Shown: in pieces, positions 29,296 through 41,930 of the stretch
Numbering within the stretch: position 1 is the stretch's first letter
Layout of the letters: each line of letters opens with the position of its first letter
Source: Leptospiraceae bacterium
GTDB taxonomy: Bacteria; Spirochaetota; Leptospiria; Leptospirales; Leptospiraceae
Direction: 5' to 3'
Assembly: GCA_024233875.1 (NCBI GenBank)
Contig: JACKPB010000009.1
Span: 149,191-208,773 of the forward strand
DNA length: 59,583 nt
The notes under the pieces: model-generated
What the model was told of the DNA's origin: nothing
Seen by the model: only the letters and a program-made list of their open reading frames with translations
The model's database searches: none
Program-made: the position numbers and the translations under genes

Positions 29296-30564
29296 TTATT
29301 TGTCGTTAAGAGCCGCAACACCCGGAAGAACTTTACCTTCAACTAATTCCATAGATGCTCCTCCTCCGGTAGAAATATGGGACATTTTATCGGCAACACC
29401 TGCTTTGTTCACAGCTGAAACTGAATCCCCACCACCAATCACAGTGATAGCACCGGATGCACCTGCTAACGTATTAGCAATTTCTATAGTACCTCTTGAA
29501 AATTTCTCTAATTCGAATACTCCTACAGGTCCATTCCAAAAAATAGTCTTTGCATCGGAGAGAGCTTTTTTGAATAGTTCAATAGATTTTGGTCCGATGT
29601 CCAAACCCATCATGTTAGAAGGGATACTATCTATATCGACAGTTTTTGTTTCTGCATCATTAGAAAACTCGGAAGCAACTATAGCATCAGTTTGAAGAAT
29701 GAATTCGACATTTTTTTCTTTAGCTTTTTCTAATGTAGTCTTTGCGACATCCAGTTGATCATCTTCACAGAGGGAACCACCAATTTCTTTTCCCATAGAT
29801 TTGAGAAAAGTAAACGCCATTCCTCCTCCAATGATAATACGATCGACTTTTTCTAATAATTTTTCAATAACTGTAATTTTTGAAGAAACTTTCGCTCCTC
29901 CAACAATTGCTACAAATGGTTTCGCAGGTGATTTAACAATTTTTTCTTCCAGGAATTCTAATTCTTTTTCCATTAGAAACCCGGCTACAGCAGGAAGATA
30001 TTTGGCTACAGTTTCTGTGGAAGCGTGTGCACGGTGTGCGGTTCCGAAAGCGTCATTAACATACACTTCACCATATTTGATCAATTCTTTTGCTAGTGTT
30101 TCCCGTTCTGACGCTTCCTTAGAAGTTTCTTCCTTATGGAATCTAGTATTTTCAAGTAAAATAATCGCTCCATTAGAGGAATTATTTACAAGCTGAGCTA
30201 TCTCTTCTCCGATGCAACTTTTGGTAACTTCGACCGGTTTTTTCAACAAACCGGAAAGGTGGGATCCGATAGGGGCCAATCGATGATGACCATCAATATA
30301 AGATGCTTCATCAAATTCTTTGCCGGATTTTTCAGCTTTCTCTTTATTTTTTTTAGAATCTTTTTTGGGATCTCCTAAATGTGACATCAAAACTATGGAT
30401 TTCGCTCCATTGTCTAATAAGTATTGAATCGAAGGTAGAGCAGCTTTGATTCTGGTATCATCCTGAATCACTCCATTTTTTATAGGTACGTTGAAATCAA
30501 CCCTCATCAAAACTCTTTTGCCGCTTACATCTATATCTTTTATCGTTTTTTTTGAAATGGACAT
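29296..30564 (-). CDS. pgk: Phosphoglycerate kinase, with a Lys-rich insertion of about 20 aa
   Basis: RVDFNVP hallmark. A hinge and C-terminal domain are present. 422 aa, versus a typical length of about 395. Confidence 0.9.
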   Translation of the reverse strand: MSISKKTIKDIDVSGKRVLMRVDFNVPIKNGVIQDDTRIKAALPSIQYLLDNGAKSIVLMSHLGDPKKDSKKNKEKAEKSGKEFDEASYIDGHHRLAPIGSHLSGLLKKPVEVTKSCIGEEIAQLVNNSSNGAIILLENTRFHKEETSKEASERETLAKELIKYGEVYVNDAFGTAHRAHASTETVAKYLPAVAGFLMEKELEFLEEKIVKSPAKPFVAIVGGAKVSSKITVIEKLLEKVDRIIIGGGMAFTFLKSMGKEIGGSLCEDDQLDVAKTTLEKAKEKNVEFILQTDAIVASEFSNDAETKTVDIDSIPSNMMGLDIGPKSIELFKKALSDAKTIFWNGPVGVFELEKFSRGTIEIANTLAGASGAITVIGGGDSVSAVNKAGVADKMSHISTGGGASMELVEGKVLPGVAALNDK

Positions 30565-30966
30565 CCTATTCCCATCCTCCTTAAGATTCGAAATAATTAT
30601 TTTTCTTCTGATAAGAAAAGTTATGAAATTTCTTCTTTCAAAGTAAAAAAAATGACCTAAAAAAGAAAAGCAATTACTCTAAACTCGGGTTCAAATTTTA
30701 GTAAATGAAAAATGAATCTAAGTACAAGACAAAAAAAACAAAAATATCGGTGAATTGAATCTTAAAAAATATTACAGATAATCTATAATTTTTTAGAATC
30801 ATTAGATTTTCCTAAATTAATTCCTATAGAATTCAGAGAGATTTTAGAGGAAAATATCAGTTATATTTTATTTACCTGTAAATAAGTCCGTAAACAAGTA
30901 TTGTAATAGGTAAATTTCTAGTGAACAAAGTGTTAATAGGACATAATTAAGATTTATTGTCTCTTA

Positions 30967-30993
30967 GACATAATACTGATTACGAATTATGTC
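30967..30993. promoter_or_regulatory. Inverted repeat GACATAAT-N11-ATTATGTC, with an extra direct half-site GACATAAT at 30940-30947, about 145 bp upstream of dnaN
   Basis: Read directly from the sequence. Candidate operator in the dnaN leader or oriC-candidate region. Confidence 0.35.
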
Positions 30994-31136
30994 GTTTATT
31001 GAAAAAGTTATTTTCAAAAAATATGTCGCATATTTTCTATAAAAAAATGTAGTTTCTTGGGGTTAGTTACTTATACACACCGCTAATTATTATTACTATA
31101 TAAGAAAGTTAAATTAAATATATAAGGAGTTTTGCT

Positions 31137-32258
31137 ATGAAGTTCCATGTCAAAACTGGAGATTTTCAAAAAGCTATTTCTGCAGTAGAAGGGGTAATCA
31201 CTGTTAGAGAAATAAAATCTGTCCTCTCTAATTTGAAACTGGAGGCTGAGGAAAACAGAGTTTCTATTTCAGCTACAGATTTGGAAATCTCTATTAAAAC
31301 ATCTATAGCATCAAATACTCATGTTGTTGGAAGTGGATCCATTCCCGCTAAGCAGTTGAGCAATATTTTGAAAGCAATTAATTTCAGTGAAACATCATTA
31401 GAAAATGTGAATGAAGGTGAAAATTCAGCTAAGACTATAATCACCGACGCTGAAAACAAGGTTGATTTCAAAATGATGATCAATGGAATCGGAGGAGAAG
31501 AAATCAAAACGATCTCTACGATAGATGATTCAAGAACATCAGGATTTCAGTGTAATACACTCTCCAGTATGATTAAGAAAACATCTTTTTCTGTTGCTCT
31601 AGAAGACACCAGGTTTGTTTTTAATGGACTGTATGTCAAAAGCTTTGAAAACAAAATAGTTGTAGTTGGAACAGATGGTAGAAGATTAGCTAGAGTAGAA
31701 AGAGAATTTACTAATAACTTACCGTTTCAAAATGGTGTGATTATTCCTCACAAGGCTATAAAAGAGATTTTAAAAATAATAGATCATAATGAATCAGGAA
31801 GAATAGGTTTAATTGATAACCAAATCTATATTAAAATTAATGAGATTGAGTTATTATGTAAATTGATAGATGGAAATTATCCTGACTACGAAGCTGTAAT
31901 CCCAAAAGAAACTCATAATAATATCAAGATGCCAAAAGATAAATTCTTGGTAGCTCTACGTCAGGCTCTGATAGCTGCAGAAGAACCATCCAGACAATTA
32001 AGATTAAGATTCAATGATAATAACTTACATATCAATGCGTCAACTCCGGGGACTACTGAGGCAAACATCAATATTCCTGTGGATTATTCAGGTGAAGATA
32101 CTACTATTGCTTTCAAAGGTGATTTTTTATTAGATATAGTAAAATCTATAGAAGATCAAGAAATCATAATTGAATTCAATAATTCTAATGCACCGGTTGT
32201 CTTTAAAGATCCATCAGATCCACAATATATTTCAGTTGTTATGCCAATGAAATTATGA
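31137..32258 (+). CDS. dnaN: DNA polymerase III beta sliding clamp
   Basis: 373 aa with three-domain clamp architecture. The N-terminus MKFHVKTGDFQKAIS is typical of DnaN. It is followed directly by recF. Confidence 0.9.
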   Translation: MKFHVKTGDFQKAISAVEGVITVREIKSVLSNLKLEAEENRVSISATDLEISIKTSIASNTHVVGSGSIPAKQLSNILKAINFSETSLENVNEGENSAKTIITDAENKVDFKMMINGIGGEEIKTISTIDDSRTSGFQCNTLSSMIKKTSFSVALEDTRFVFNGLYVKSFENKIVVVGTDGRRLARVEREFTNNLPFQNGVIIPHKAIKEILKIIDHNESGRIGLIDNQIYIKINEIELLCKLIDGNYPDYEAVIPKETHNNIKMPKDKFLVALRQALIAAEEPSRQLRLRFNDNNLHINASTPGTTEANINIPVDYSGEDTTIAFKGDFLLDIVKSIEDQEIIIEFNNSNAPVVFKDPSDPQYISVVMPMKL

Positions 32259-33364
32259 AGATAAACTCTATTCTCATCAATTCATTTAGAAATTATGAGT
32301 CTGTGCAATTAAAGTTTAATTCCAGATTAAATTTTTTCATTGGTGAGAATGGAGAAGGTAAGACAAATCTCCTGGAAGCGATTCAAATGTTTTCTACATT
32401 GAAAAGTTTTCGGGACAATACAGATGATGAAATACTTAACTGGGATAAGGATACGTATTACCTCAAAGCAGAGATTCAGAATGCTGATGATGTAGACGAA
32501 TTCGAGATAGGCTTTACAAAATTAGGCACTAAGAAAAAGAAAATCAAACTTAACGAGAAAGAAATAAACCGAAAATTAGATTTTATAGGAAATTTTATAA
32601 CAATTACTCTATCCCCTATAGATTTAAAAATTATCGATGGAGGTCCTGCGGAAAGGAGAAAGTTTATAGATTCGTTCCTTTCGATCTATAACCGTGAATA
32701 TTTAATCAATTTATTGGAATATAATAAAATACTAAAACATAGAAATGCTTTATTGAAATCACAAGCTAAATCTGAAGTTGAACTGGTTACCTGGGACAAT
32801 CTTTTGGTGGAAAAAGGAATTTTTCTTATTTCAGAGAGAATCGGGGTGATTGCCTCTCTCAATGAAATTTATAGGGAAAATCTCAAAATACTAAGCGGTG
32901 AGAAAGATATTTTTGAAATCATATACAATCCTAATGTAAATTCAGAAGAATCCTTTAGGGATAAATTACAAAAGCGAAAACATCTGGATTTAAAATTGGG
33001 ATATACAACAGTCGGACCTCATAGGGACAATTTATTCATTGGTAAAGATTCTAAAGATATTACTGAATTTGGATCCCAGGGACAAAAAAGAAGTTCTGTG
33101 ATAGCCATGAAAACAGCTCAATTTAAACACATAAAAAAAATAAGAAATCAAACACCTGTGCTTTTGATTGATGATGTCATACGAGAATTGGATATAAAAA
33201 GGAGAAATTACTTTCTGGAATTGTTAATGGAAAGCGGACAATCTTTTTTTACAACTACTGATTTAGACGGTCTGGATGATTTTTTAAAAAACTTCCGAAA
33301 CCAGATTTCTATATTTGAAATTAATAAGGGTAAGGTAAAGGAGAATCATTATGAATTCGTTTGA
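32255..33364 (+). CDS. recF: DNA replication and repair protein RecF
   Basis: Walker A GENGEGKTNLLEAI and SMC-like signature. Overlaps dnaN by 4 nt. Confidence 0.9.
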   Translation: MKINSILINSFRNYESVQLKFNSRLNFFIGENGEGKTNLLEAIQMFSTLKSFRDNTDDEILNWDKDTYYLKAEIQNADDVDEFEIGFTKLGTKKKKIKLNEKEINRKLDFIGNFITITLSPIDLKIIDGGPAERRKFIDSFLSIYNREYLINLLEYNKILKHRNALLKSQAKSEVELVTWDNLLVEKGIFLISERIGVIASLNEIYRENLKILSGEKDIFEIIYNPNVNSEESFRDKLQKRKHLDLKLGYTTVGPHRDNLFIGKDSKDITEFGSQGQKRSSVIAMKTAQFKHIKKIRNQTPVLLIDDVIRELDIKRRNYFLELLMESGQSFFTTTDLDGLDDFLKNFRNQISIFEINKGKVKENHYEFV

Positions 33365-33788
33365 TATGGAATCTGATGATTTTTCTAGTTTATTAAGTAA
33401 ATTAGAGATAGATTTTGAGAAATTAAAATCTGAGGTAGAATTTCGTGCGATATCCGATCACTGGAAGGATATAGTTGGTTTGGAGTTTTATAAATTTTCT
33501 AGGCCAAAGAAAATTATTCGTGATACATTGTACATAGGTGTTTATAATTCAGCTTATAAGATGGAACTTCAGTTTGTATCCAATTTATTGATTCAAAATA
33601 TAAATAAATATTCCAAAAATCGAATTTCAAAAATTAGATTGGATTTGGATACAAATATCATTATTCCAAAAGTTGTTGAAAGTAAGAAAAATCATCTAGA
33701 TGGGAAGGAAAATTTAATCTGTATCACGGAAAGAGAAAAAGATGAAACAACAAGAAAAAAACTTTTGTCTCTAATTAAAGTTTTTTAA
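33351..33788 (+). CDS. DUF721 / DciA-like protein
   Basis: 145 aa. It sits immediately after recF and overlaps it by 14 nt. W..IVG......S.P..I.D..L.IGV.NSAY..EL follows the DUF721 pattern. Confidence 0.5.
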   Translation: MNSFDMESDDFSSLLSKLEIDFEKLKSEVEFRAISDHWKDIVGLEFYKFSRPKKIIRDTLYIGVYNSAYKMELQFVSNLLIQNINKYSKNRISKIRLDLDTNIIIPKVVESKKNHLDGKENLICITEREKDETTRKKLLSLIKVF

Positions 33789-33830
33789 TTGATCGTATTA
33801 TTAAAATCGAATATAATAATACTATAAGCA

Positions 33831-34367
33831 TTAAAATAATTTAGATCCCTGCATCGAAAATCCCACAAAAGCACAGGCCACAGCATCCCATGAATCATCC
33901 AATCCCTTGAGATCTTCAATTTGAAGTAGAAGTTTTAAAGATGATTTTATTTGATTCTTATCCGCTTTTCCTGAGGTTGTGACACCTTTCTTTATTTGAC
34001 TCACAGTAGGTTCAAGAATCGGGATCGCTCTCTCTGCAAGAGTAAGTAAAATCACACCTCTGGATTGAAAAACTTTTGCTGCTGTTTTTACATTTTTACT
34101 AAAGAATAAGTCTTCAACGCTAGCTAGCTGGGGTTTGAAGTCATCAACAAGAGAAATCAATTCTTTCCTGAGTTGAATCATTGCTTCGCCAAACTCAGTT
34201 TTGGGAGGAATTTCAATTGTACCGTACTTTAGGATTTGTATTTTTTTAGATACATTTTTCTCTAAAATCGCAAAACCAATGCGATGTGATCCCGGATCTA
34301 TTCCTATGATTCTGGAATGTTTTGATTGATTCATAACTTCTCTTTTTTCATTATTATTGTTATACAA
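33831..34367 (-). CDS. ruvC: Holliday junction resolvase RuvC
   Basis: [17 protein letters not shown] (catalytic Asp motif). 178 aa. Not accompanied by ruvAB here. Confidence 0.8.
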   Translation of the reverse strand: MYNNNNEKREVMNQSKHSRIIGIDPGSHRIGFAILEKNVSKKIQILKYGTIEIPPKTEFGEAMIQLRKELISLVDDFKPQLASVEDLFFSKNVKTAAKVFQSRGVILLTLAERAIPILEPTVSQIKKGVTTSGKADKNQIKSSLKLLLQIEDLKGLDDSWDAVACAFVGFSMQGSKLF

Positions 34368-34682
34368 ATTCTCTTAAATATATATACTTTTCATATTTTG
34401 CAATGTAGCCATTTTATAAATAATTCTTATGTGAATACGCAAATACTTTTGAAAGTGACTGTAAGCTGAAAAACAAATAAAATAAAAATTTGAGTGAATA
34501 AAAACTTCTACTAATTTTCAAAAAGATCTTCATTTGCAGTAGTGAATCAGTAATAAAAAGAATAAATTTTGTAAATTGAAAAATTAAATTTTATCTGAGA
34601 ACTAATAATTATCAACTCGATAAAATAGACTCTTCAATATACTATAAAAATTCATTGCAATCTGAATGAAAGATTTCAAAAA

Positions 34683-35240
34683 ATGAATATGAAATATTTT
34701 ATACTTATACCACTCCTCTGGATTATGACATTGATTTCTTGTTCGAAAAAGTACATGGTTTCTGAAGTGAAAAATGGAAAAAATATCAATACTTCAGAGT
34801 TGGTAGATCCTGATTTTTTTTTCCAGAAAAGAATGGAAAATAGGATAAAAAAAATCCTGGGACGAATCTGGGAAATCATATATGAAGATGGCCAATATGT
34901 GTACTTTGGATACACAAAGGGAGATTCACATGAATCTATGTATATGGAGACTCTCTATAGGGTAGAGAAATCCAGCCTTGAAAAGTTTTTCCCGGGATAC
35001 AAATGGATAACCGGAATAGAACTAAATCGAGCAGTTCATCAATCAGTTACTGAAAAATTAAATTACAATTCCACTTTGATTCAAGATTATAAAAAGAACT
35101 GGAAGATTAAGGATGGAGAAATTCAGGTTGATTTGATTTGGATTTATTCTATGGATGGAGGATCAGAAAACCAAAAGAAATATTTCTTAAGATTTTCTGC
35201 AAGTACTTTGGACTTGATTGAAAAGAAAGTACTTCCCTGA
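34683..35240 (+). CDS. Putative lipoprotein, hypothetical
   Basis: Signal peptide plus lipobox LISC-SKK. 185 aa. Confidence 0.45.
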   Translation: MNMKYFILIPLLWIMTLISCSKKYMVSEVKNGKNINTSELVDPDFFFQKRMENRIKKILGRIWEIIYEDGQYVYFGYTKGDSHESMYMETLYRVEKSSLEKFFPGYKWITGIELNRAVHQSVTEKLNYNSTLIQDYKKNWKIKDGEIQVDLIWIYSMDGGSENQKKYFLRFSASTLDLIEKKVLP

Positions 35241-35263
35241 ATCTAAACTGCCAAAACCCGAAT

Positions 35264-37201
<1,938 letters not shown>

Positions 37202-37487
37202 TCATAGCTATTTGAACGCAAGTGATTTCCCAATACTCAGCTGTTTTCTCTTTATTATTCTCAATGAACCGACATATGATGGTTTTCGAAATACTTACCT
37301 ATTTCTTCTGAAATTACGTAGCCGATTTATAGCTGATTCTTCAGTGAGTGAGCAAATACTTTTGAAAATGACTATAAATTCGGAAAAAACAAATTGAAAA
37401 AAAAAATTCGATAAATTTATCCTACTGATAAATCTGGTTAGAGAAATTGATCAAATTCTAATCTGTACTTTTCAATAGAGGATAATT

Positions 37488-38231
37488 ATGTCTGGACACT
37501 CAAAATGGGCGACAATCAAACGAAAAAAAGAAGCTCTGGATGCCAAAAGAGGGGCAGTTTTTACTAGAGTTGCTAAAGAATTAACAGTAGCAGCCAGGAT
37601 GGGGGGCTCTGATCCGGAAACCAATCCCCGATTGAGACTAGCCGTGTTGAAAGCCAAATCCGCAAACATGCCTAAAGACAATATCGAAAGGGCTATAAAA
37701 AAAGGAGCGGGTGAGCTGGAAGGAGTGACCTATGAAGAATGTCTCTATGAATGCTTTGCGCCCGGAGGAGTAGGGATAATGGTTCAGGTGGTTACGGATA
37801 AAAAATCCAGAACAACTCCCGAAATCAAAAATATCCTGACAAAAGGTGGGGGTTCTCTGGGAAATCCGGGTTCGGTCAGCCGCCTGTTTGACAAAAAAGG
37901 AGTGATCACTTTAAAAAATGAGCAGATCTCCGAAGAAGAATTGATAGATTTGGCTGCCGGAGCAGGAGCGGAAGATGTAGTACTGGAAGATGAGCTATTT
38001 ACTGTAACTACTTCCACTGATGATTTTGAAAATGTTCTTTCTGAGATCAGCAAAAAGGAACTCGAAGTGGTTGAGTCCGGAATTAAGTACATCCCCATGG
38101 TAAAAGCTGACGTGAATGATCAATCTACAGCAGAGAAAGTAATTAAAATATTAGATTTGTTAGAATCCCATGATGATGTCCAGAGCGTAAATTCAAACTT
38201 TGAGCCTTCTTCAGATCTGGAGTTATCCTAG
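37488..38231 (+). CDS. yebC: YebC/PmpR-family DNA-binding regulator
   Basis: [15 protein letters not shown]-terminus. 247 aa. Confidence 0.85.
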   Translation: MSGHSKWATIKRKKEALDAKRGAVFTRVAKELTVAARMGGSDPETNPRLRLAVLKAKSANMPKDNIERAIKKGAGELEGVTYEECLYECFAPGGVGIMVQVVTDKKSRTTPEIKNILTKGGGSLGNPGSVSRLFDKKGVITLKNEQISEEELIDLAAGAGAEDVVLEDELFTVTTSTDDFENVLSEISKKELEVVESGIKYIPMVKADVNDQSTAEKVIKILDLLESHDDVQSVNSNFEPSSDLELS

Positions 38232-39508
38232 TGAAAAAAATCGGGGTTGGGATCGTTGGAGCCGGAACAGTTGGATCCGGTCTGATACAAATCCTTTTGG
38301 AAAAAAGGCAGGATATCGCAAAACGTTCCGGTGTAGATTTGGAACTACTCTTTGTTTGTGATAAAAACAATTCAATAAAACAAACATATCCACAATTGGG
38401 TTTTACATCCGATTATTTAGAATTGATATCAAATAAAAATATTGATTTGATAGTCGAGTTAGTTGGTGGGACCGGAATTGCCTACAATATTGTCAAAGAT
38501 TCTATAAAAGCCGGAAAAACTGTTGTCACAGCAAACAAAGCACTTCTTTCAGAGAAAGGGGATGAGTTGTTTTCTCTTGCTAAAGAAAATTCTGTTGAAA
38601 TAGGATACGAAGCGGCTGTTGCCGGAACAATCCCTATCATTCGCTCATTAAAAACAGGTTTGGTAGCAAATGAATTTAAAGCAGTCTACGGTATCTTGAA
38701 TGGTACTACAAATTTCATACTTTCTAAGATGGAGAAAGAAAATTGGGATTATGAAAAAGCTTTGCAAGTAGCACAGGATTTGGGATTTGCAGAAAAAGAT
38801 CCCACTTTTGATGTTGAAGGTATTGATGCGGCTCACAAAGTTTCATTACTCACGGGTCTTGCATTCGGTAAAAGAATTGATATCAAAGATATTTACATCG
38901 AAGGGATAACAAAGATCAGTCAATCTGAAATTCAAACAGCCAAGCAATTGGGCTACAGAATCAAACTCTTAGGGATATCCAAAATGATATCAGGGAATAT
39001 TGAAGCAAGAGTGCAACCTACGATGGTTCCTCTTAAGCATTCCCTTGCCAGCGTTATGAATGAAATGAATGCGATCTATATTGAATCCGATTTTGCGGGA
39101 TCGCTAATGTTTACCGGAAAAGGTGCGGGATCATTGCCAACAGCGAGTGCAGTGGCATCGGATTTGGTTTATTATGGTAGTAGACGGGGGAATCATGATT
39201 GTTTTGAAGACAATATATTCGATAAAGGGAATATAATTCCTCACGGTCAGGAGACTTCCAGGTACTATATTAGATTCAATACTGTTGATAAACCGGGTGT
39301 AATTGCTGAAATATCCAACCATTTAGGTAAAAATAATGTATCCATTGCTTCTGTCCGACAGGATGAATCGGAATCAGAACCGATTGAGGTCATAATTCTT
39401 ACTCATAGATGCAAAGAGCAGGATGTTCATAGATCCATAGAGGTAATTGATAATTTATCTATCATTTTAAAGAAATCTGTAATGCTGAGATTAGAAGATT
39501 TGCATTGA
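38231..39508 (+). CDS. hom: Homoserine dehydrogenase
   Basis: GTG start. Rossmann motif GVGIVGAGTVGSG, a catalytic domain and a C-terminal ACT domain. 425 aa. Confidence 0.85.
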   Translation: MKKIGVGIVGAGTVGSGLIQILLEKRQDIAKRSGVDLELLFVCDKNNSIKQTYPQLGFTSDYLELISNKNIDLIVELVGGTGIAYNIVKDSIKAGKTVVTANKALLSEKGDELFSLAKENSVEIGYEAAVAGTIPIIRSLKTGLVANEFKAVYGILNGTTNFILSKMEKENWDYEKALQVAQDLGFAEKDPTFDVEGIDAAHKVSLLTGLAFGKRIDIKDIYIEGITKISQSEIQTAKQLGYRIKLLGISKMISGNIEARVQPTMVPLKHSLASVMNEMNAIYIESDFAGSLMFTGKGAGSLPTASAVASDLVYYGSRRGNHDCFEDNIFDKGNIIPHGQETSRYYIRFNTVDKPGVIAEISNHLGKNNVSIASVRQDESESEPIEVIILTHRCKEQDVHRSIEVIDNLSIILKKSVMLRLEDLH

Positions 39509-39834
39509 GATACACAATATCCTATCACAATACAGAAATCGGTGACCATTTTGATCTTTTTTTAGAAAATTCAGGTGATTCTCTGTATACCTATGAGTTC
39601 CGGACTGAGTTGTTTTTAAATTTTTTGCGGGGGGAAGAAATTTCAGCTTCAAAAAAAGAAAATCACAGATTGAAGTATCTGGATTTCGAAGGGGATATCT
39701 CCGATGGTAGAGGTTTTGTTAAAATAGTAGAGAAAGGAGAATATTGGAGTCAAATTTCTGAAAATTTTAAAAAAATCTGTATACAAAGAAAAAAATTTGA
39801 GTTATTCTTAAGAGTATGCGCGGAAAAAAACTAA
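39505..39834 (+). CDS. Hypothetical protein
   Basis: 109-aa ORF overlapping the hom stop by 4 nt. No family recognised. Confidence 0.4.
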   Translation: MRYTISYHNTEIGDHFDLFLENSGDSLYTYEFRTELFLNFLRGEEISASKKENHRLKYLDFEGDISDGRGFVKIVEKGEYWSQISENFKKICIQRKKFELFLRVCAEKN

Positions 39835-39843
39835 AGGAAGCTT

Positions 39844-40212
39844 ATGCCTATTCATTCATATGAAAAATTAGAACTCGAGCATGAAACTCAGCTCAAAGAT
39901 GGAAAAGAAATAATTATCCTGATTTTTCGGGGGGTAATCAATCATGAAAACGTTAGTTTGATAAGTGACGATTTGGATGCTATTTTGGATGCTTCTACTA
40001 ACCGAATCATTGTTGATCTTGTAAAATTAGAATACATAAATAGTTTGGGGCTTGCTCTATTCCTCACAATCGTTAAGAGGGTAGAAGAATCTGATGGTAT
40101 TCTAGGAATAGGTGGGACAAGTAGAGTCCTGAATACAATCATTCAATTAGTTGAAATTTCTGAAAAAGTCAGGATCTTCAATTCAGTTGAGGAAGCGTTA
40201 AAATCATTGTAG
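39844..40212 (+). CDS. STAS-domain anti-sigma-factor antagonist
   Basis: 122 aa. [19 protein letters not shown] matches the SpoIIAA-like fold pattern. Confidence 0.7.
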   Translation: MPIHSYEKLELEHETQLKDGKEIIILIFRGVINHENVSLISDDLDAILDASTNRIIVDLVKLEYINSLGLALFLTIVKRVEESDGILGIGGTSRVLNTIIQLVEISEKVRIFNSVEEALKSL

Positions 40213-41721
40213 TTTAGCGTTCCATAGGGTAGTCTCAATTAGGTTTAACAAGTCATCCAATCCGGTTTTGTTCAACGATGAAATTTTTATTTCATTTTCA
40301 GGAATAATTACATTTTCATTCAAAATATCAATTTTGTTATAAATTTGAATTCTGTTTATATTCGACAAATTCAACTCAAAAAGAATCTTTTCCACAGATT
40401 TAATGTGTTCCAAATAATTTGGGTTAGATGCGTCTATAACGTGCAATAATAGATCCGAATCTCCCAGTTCTTCCAATGTAGCTTTGAAGGCATTGGTCAG
40501 TTCAGGTGGGAGATCCTGAATGAACCCGACTGTGTCTGATAAAATAATTTCTCTTTCTTCAGGAAAACGTATTCTTCTTGTAGTAGGGTCCAGAGTAGCA
40601 AATAGTTTATTCTCAGCTATCACTTCTGAATTAGTTAACGAATTCAATAAAGTCGATTTTCCTGCATTTGTATATCCTACTATAGCAACAACAGGGATAA
40701 GATTCTTGTTTCGTCTCTTTCGATTCAATTCTCTTCTTTTTTTTAATTGCTTAAGTTCTTTTTCGAGTCTATTGATTCTATCTTCTACTCTTCTTTTCCC
40801 AATTTCAAGTTTTGTTTCACCCGGTCCTCTTCCCCCTATTCCCCCTGTCAGTCTTGACATATTGTCATCGAGTTCGGAAAGGCGACCTTTGAGATATTTT
40901 AATTGTGCCAATTCAACTTGAAATTTCCCATCTCTACTTTTTGCATTTCGTGCAAATATGTCTAAAATCAATTGTGTTCTATCAATTACTTTTACATCAC
41001 AATAGTCAGAAATTTTTTTAGCCTGAGAAGGGGTTAGTTCCAAATCAAAGACAAGAAGTTCAATATTTTTTTGTACGGCTTTGAGAAGGATTTCTTTAAG
41101 TTTTCCTTTACCCATTACTGTGGTTGGATCCAGCGATTGTCTTTTTTGGATAAAGTCACCTACAACGAATATATCGGCAGTTTTACATAACTCTTTTATT
41201 TCAGAAATTGAAAAATCTATACTTCTCTGGGGAGTATTCTGTTTGTAAACTCCTAAAACAAAAGCTCTATTTTCTCTTTGGAAATTAACTATTTTTGTCG
41301 CATGTTTATTGAATTCATCTTCTAAAGCATACAAAACTTCTGAAAAATCAAATTGCAATTGGCTAAAATGTTTCTTTTCCTGTAAAATCCATGGAATTTC
41401 TGCTTCGGGATCGGGATTTATGTGTGCTGAATATAAAAATTTCGGAAATCCTTCATCATCTATGGTTACAGCTGAAATAGAATCCAGTCGTAGTAGTACT
41501 AAATCAGTTAAGTCTTCTTCTGAAAGACCTTCATCAAATAAATGCGTATGAATTAATCTTAGACCCCGTAGACGATTTGAAGTTGATCTTGTTCTTTCAA
41601 GGTGGGGTATTTCGATGGATTTGCTATCTCCAAGTACTACATGCACAATTTCACCGGAGCGATTTAAAATTATGCCTAATTGTCGATACATTTCGTGAGA
41701 AAGTTGAGAAATATATTTCAA
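40204..41721 (-). CDS. hflX: GTPase HflX
   Basis: HflX N-domain. G1 [19 protein letters not shown]3 DTVGF and a coiled-coil linker. 505 aa. Confidence 0.8.
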   Translation of the reverse strand: MKYISQLSHEMYRQLGIILNRSGEIVHVVLGDSKSIEIPHLERTRSTSNRLRGLRLIHTHLFDEGLSEEDLTDLVLLRLDSISAVTIDDEGFPKFLYSAHINPDPEAEIPWILQEKKHFSQLQFDFSEVLYALEDEFNKHATKIVNFQRENRAFVLGVYKQNTPQRSIDFSISEIKELCKTADIFVVGDFIQKRQSLDPTTVMGKGKLKEILLKAVQKNIELLVFDLELTPSQAKKISDYCDVKVIDRTQLILDIFARNAKSRDGKFQVELAQLKYLKGRLSELDDNMSRLTGGIGGRGPGETKLEIGKRRVEDRINRLEKELKQLKKRRELNRKRRNKNLIPVVAIVGYTNAGKSTLLNSLTNSEVIAENKLFATLDPTTRRIRFPEEREIILSDTVGFIQDLPPELTNAFKATLEELGDSDLLLHVIDASNPNYLEHIKSVEKILFELNLSNINRIQIYNKIDILNENVIIPENEIKISSLNKTGLDDLLNLIETTLWNAKLQ

Positions 41722-41930
41722 TAATTCAATAGATACAATACTATCTTCCCGATTCCTTTTTTCAGATAGTGATTTTAACTTTTTAATTTGATTAGGCTTC
41801 AGATTACTGAAGCTTCCGCTTATTTTATTGATAGATTTTCTCCATTTTTTATAATTCTTATTGAAAATTTAATGCTATAATAAAAGGCTATATATAAAGT
41901 CAATAGTTATTATAAGGAACAAACTAATTC

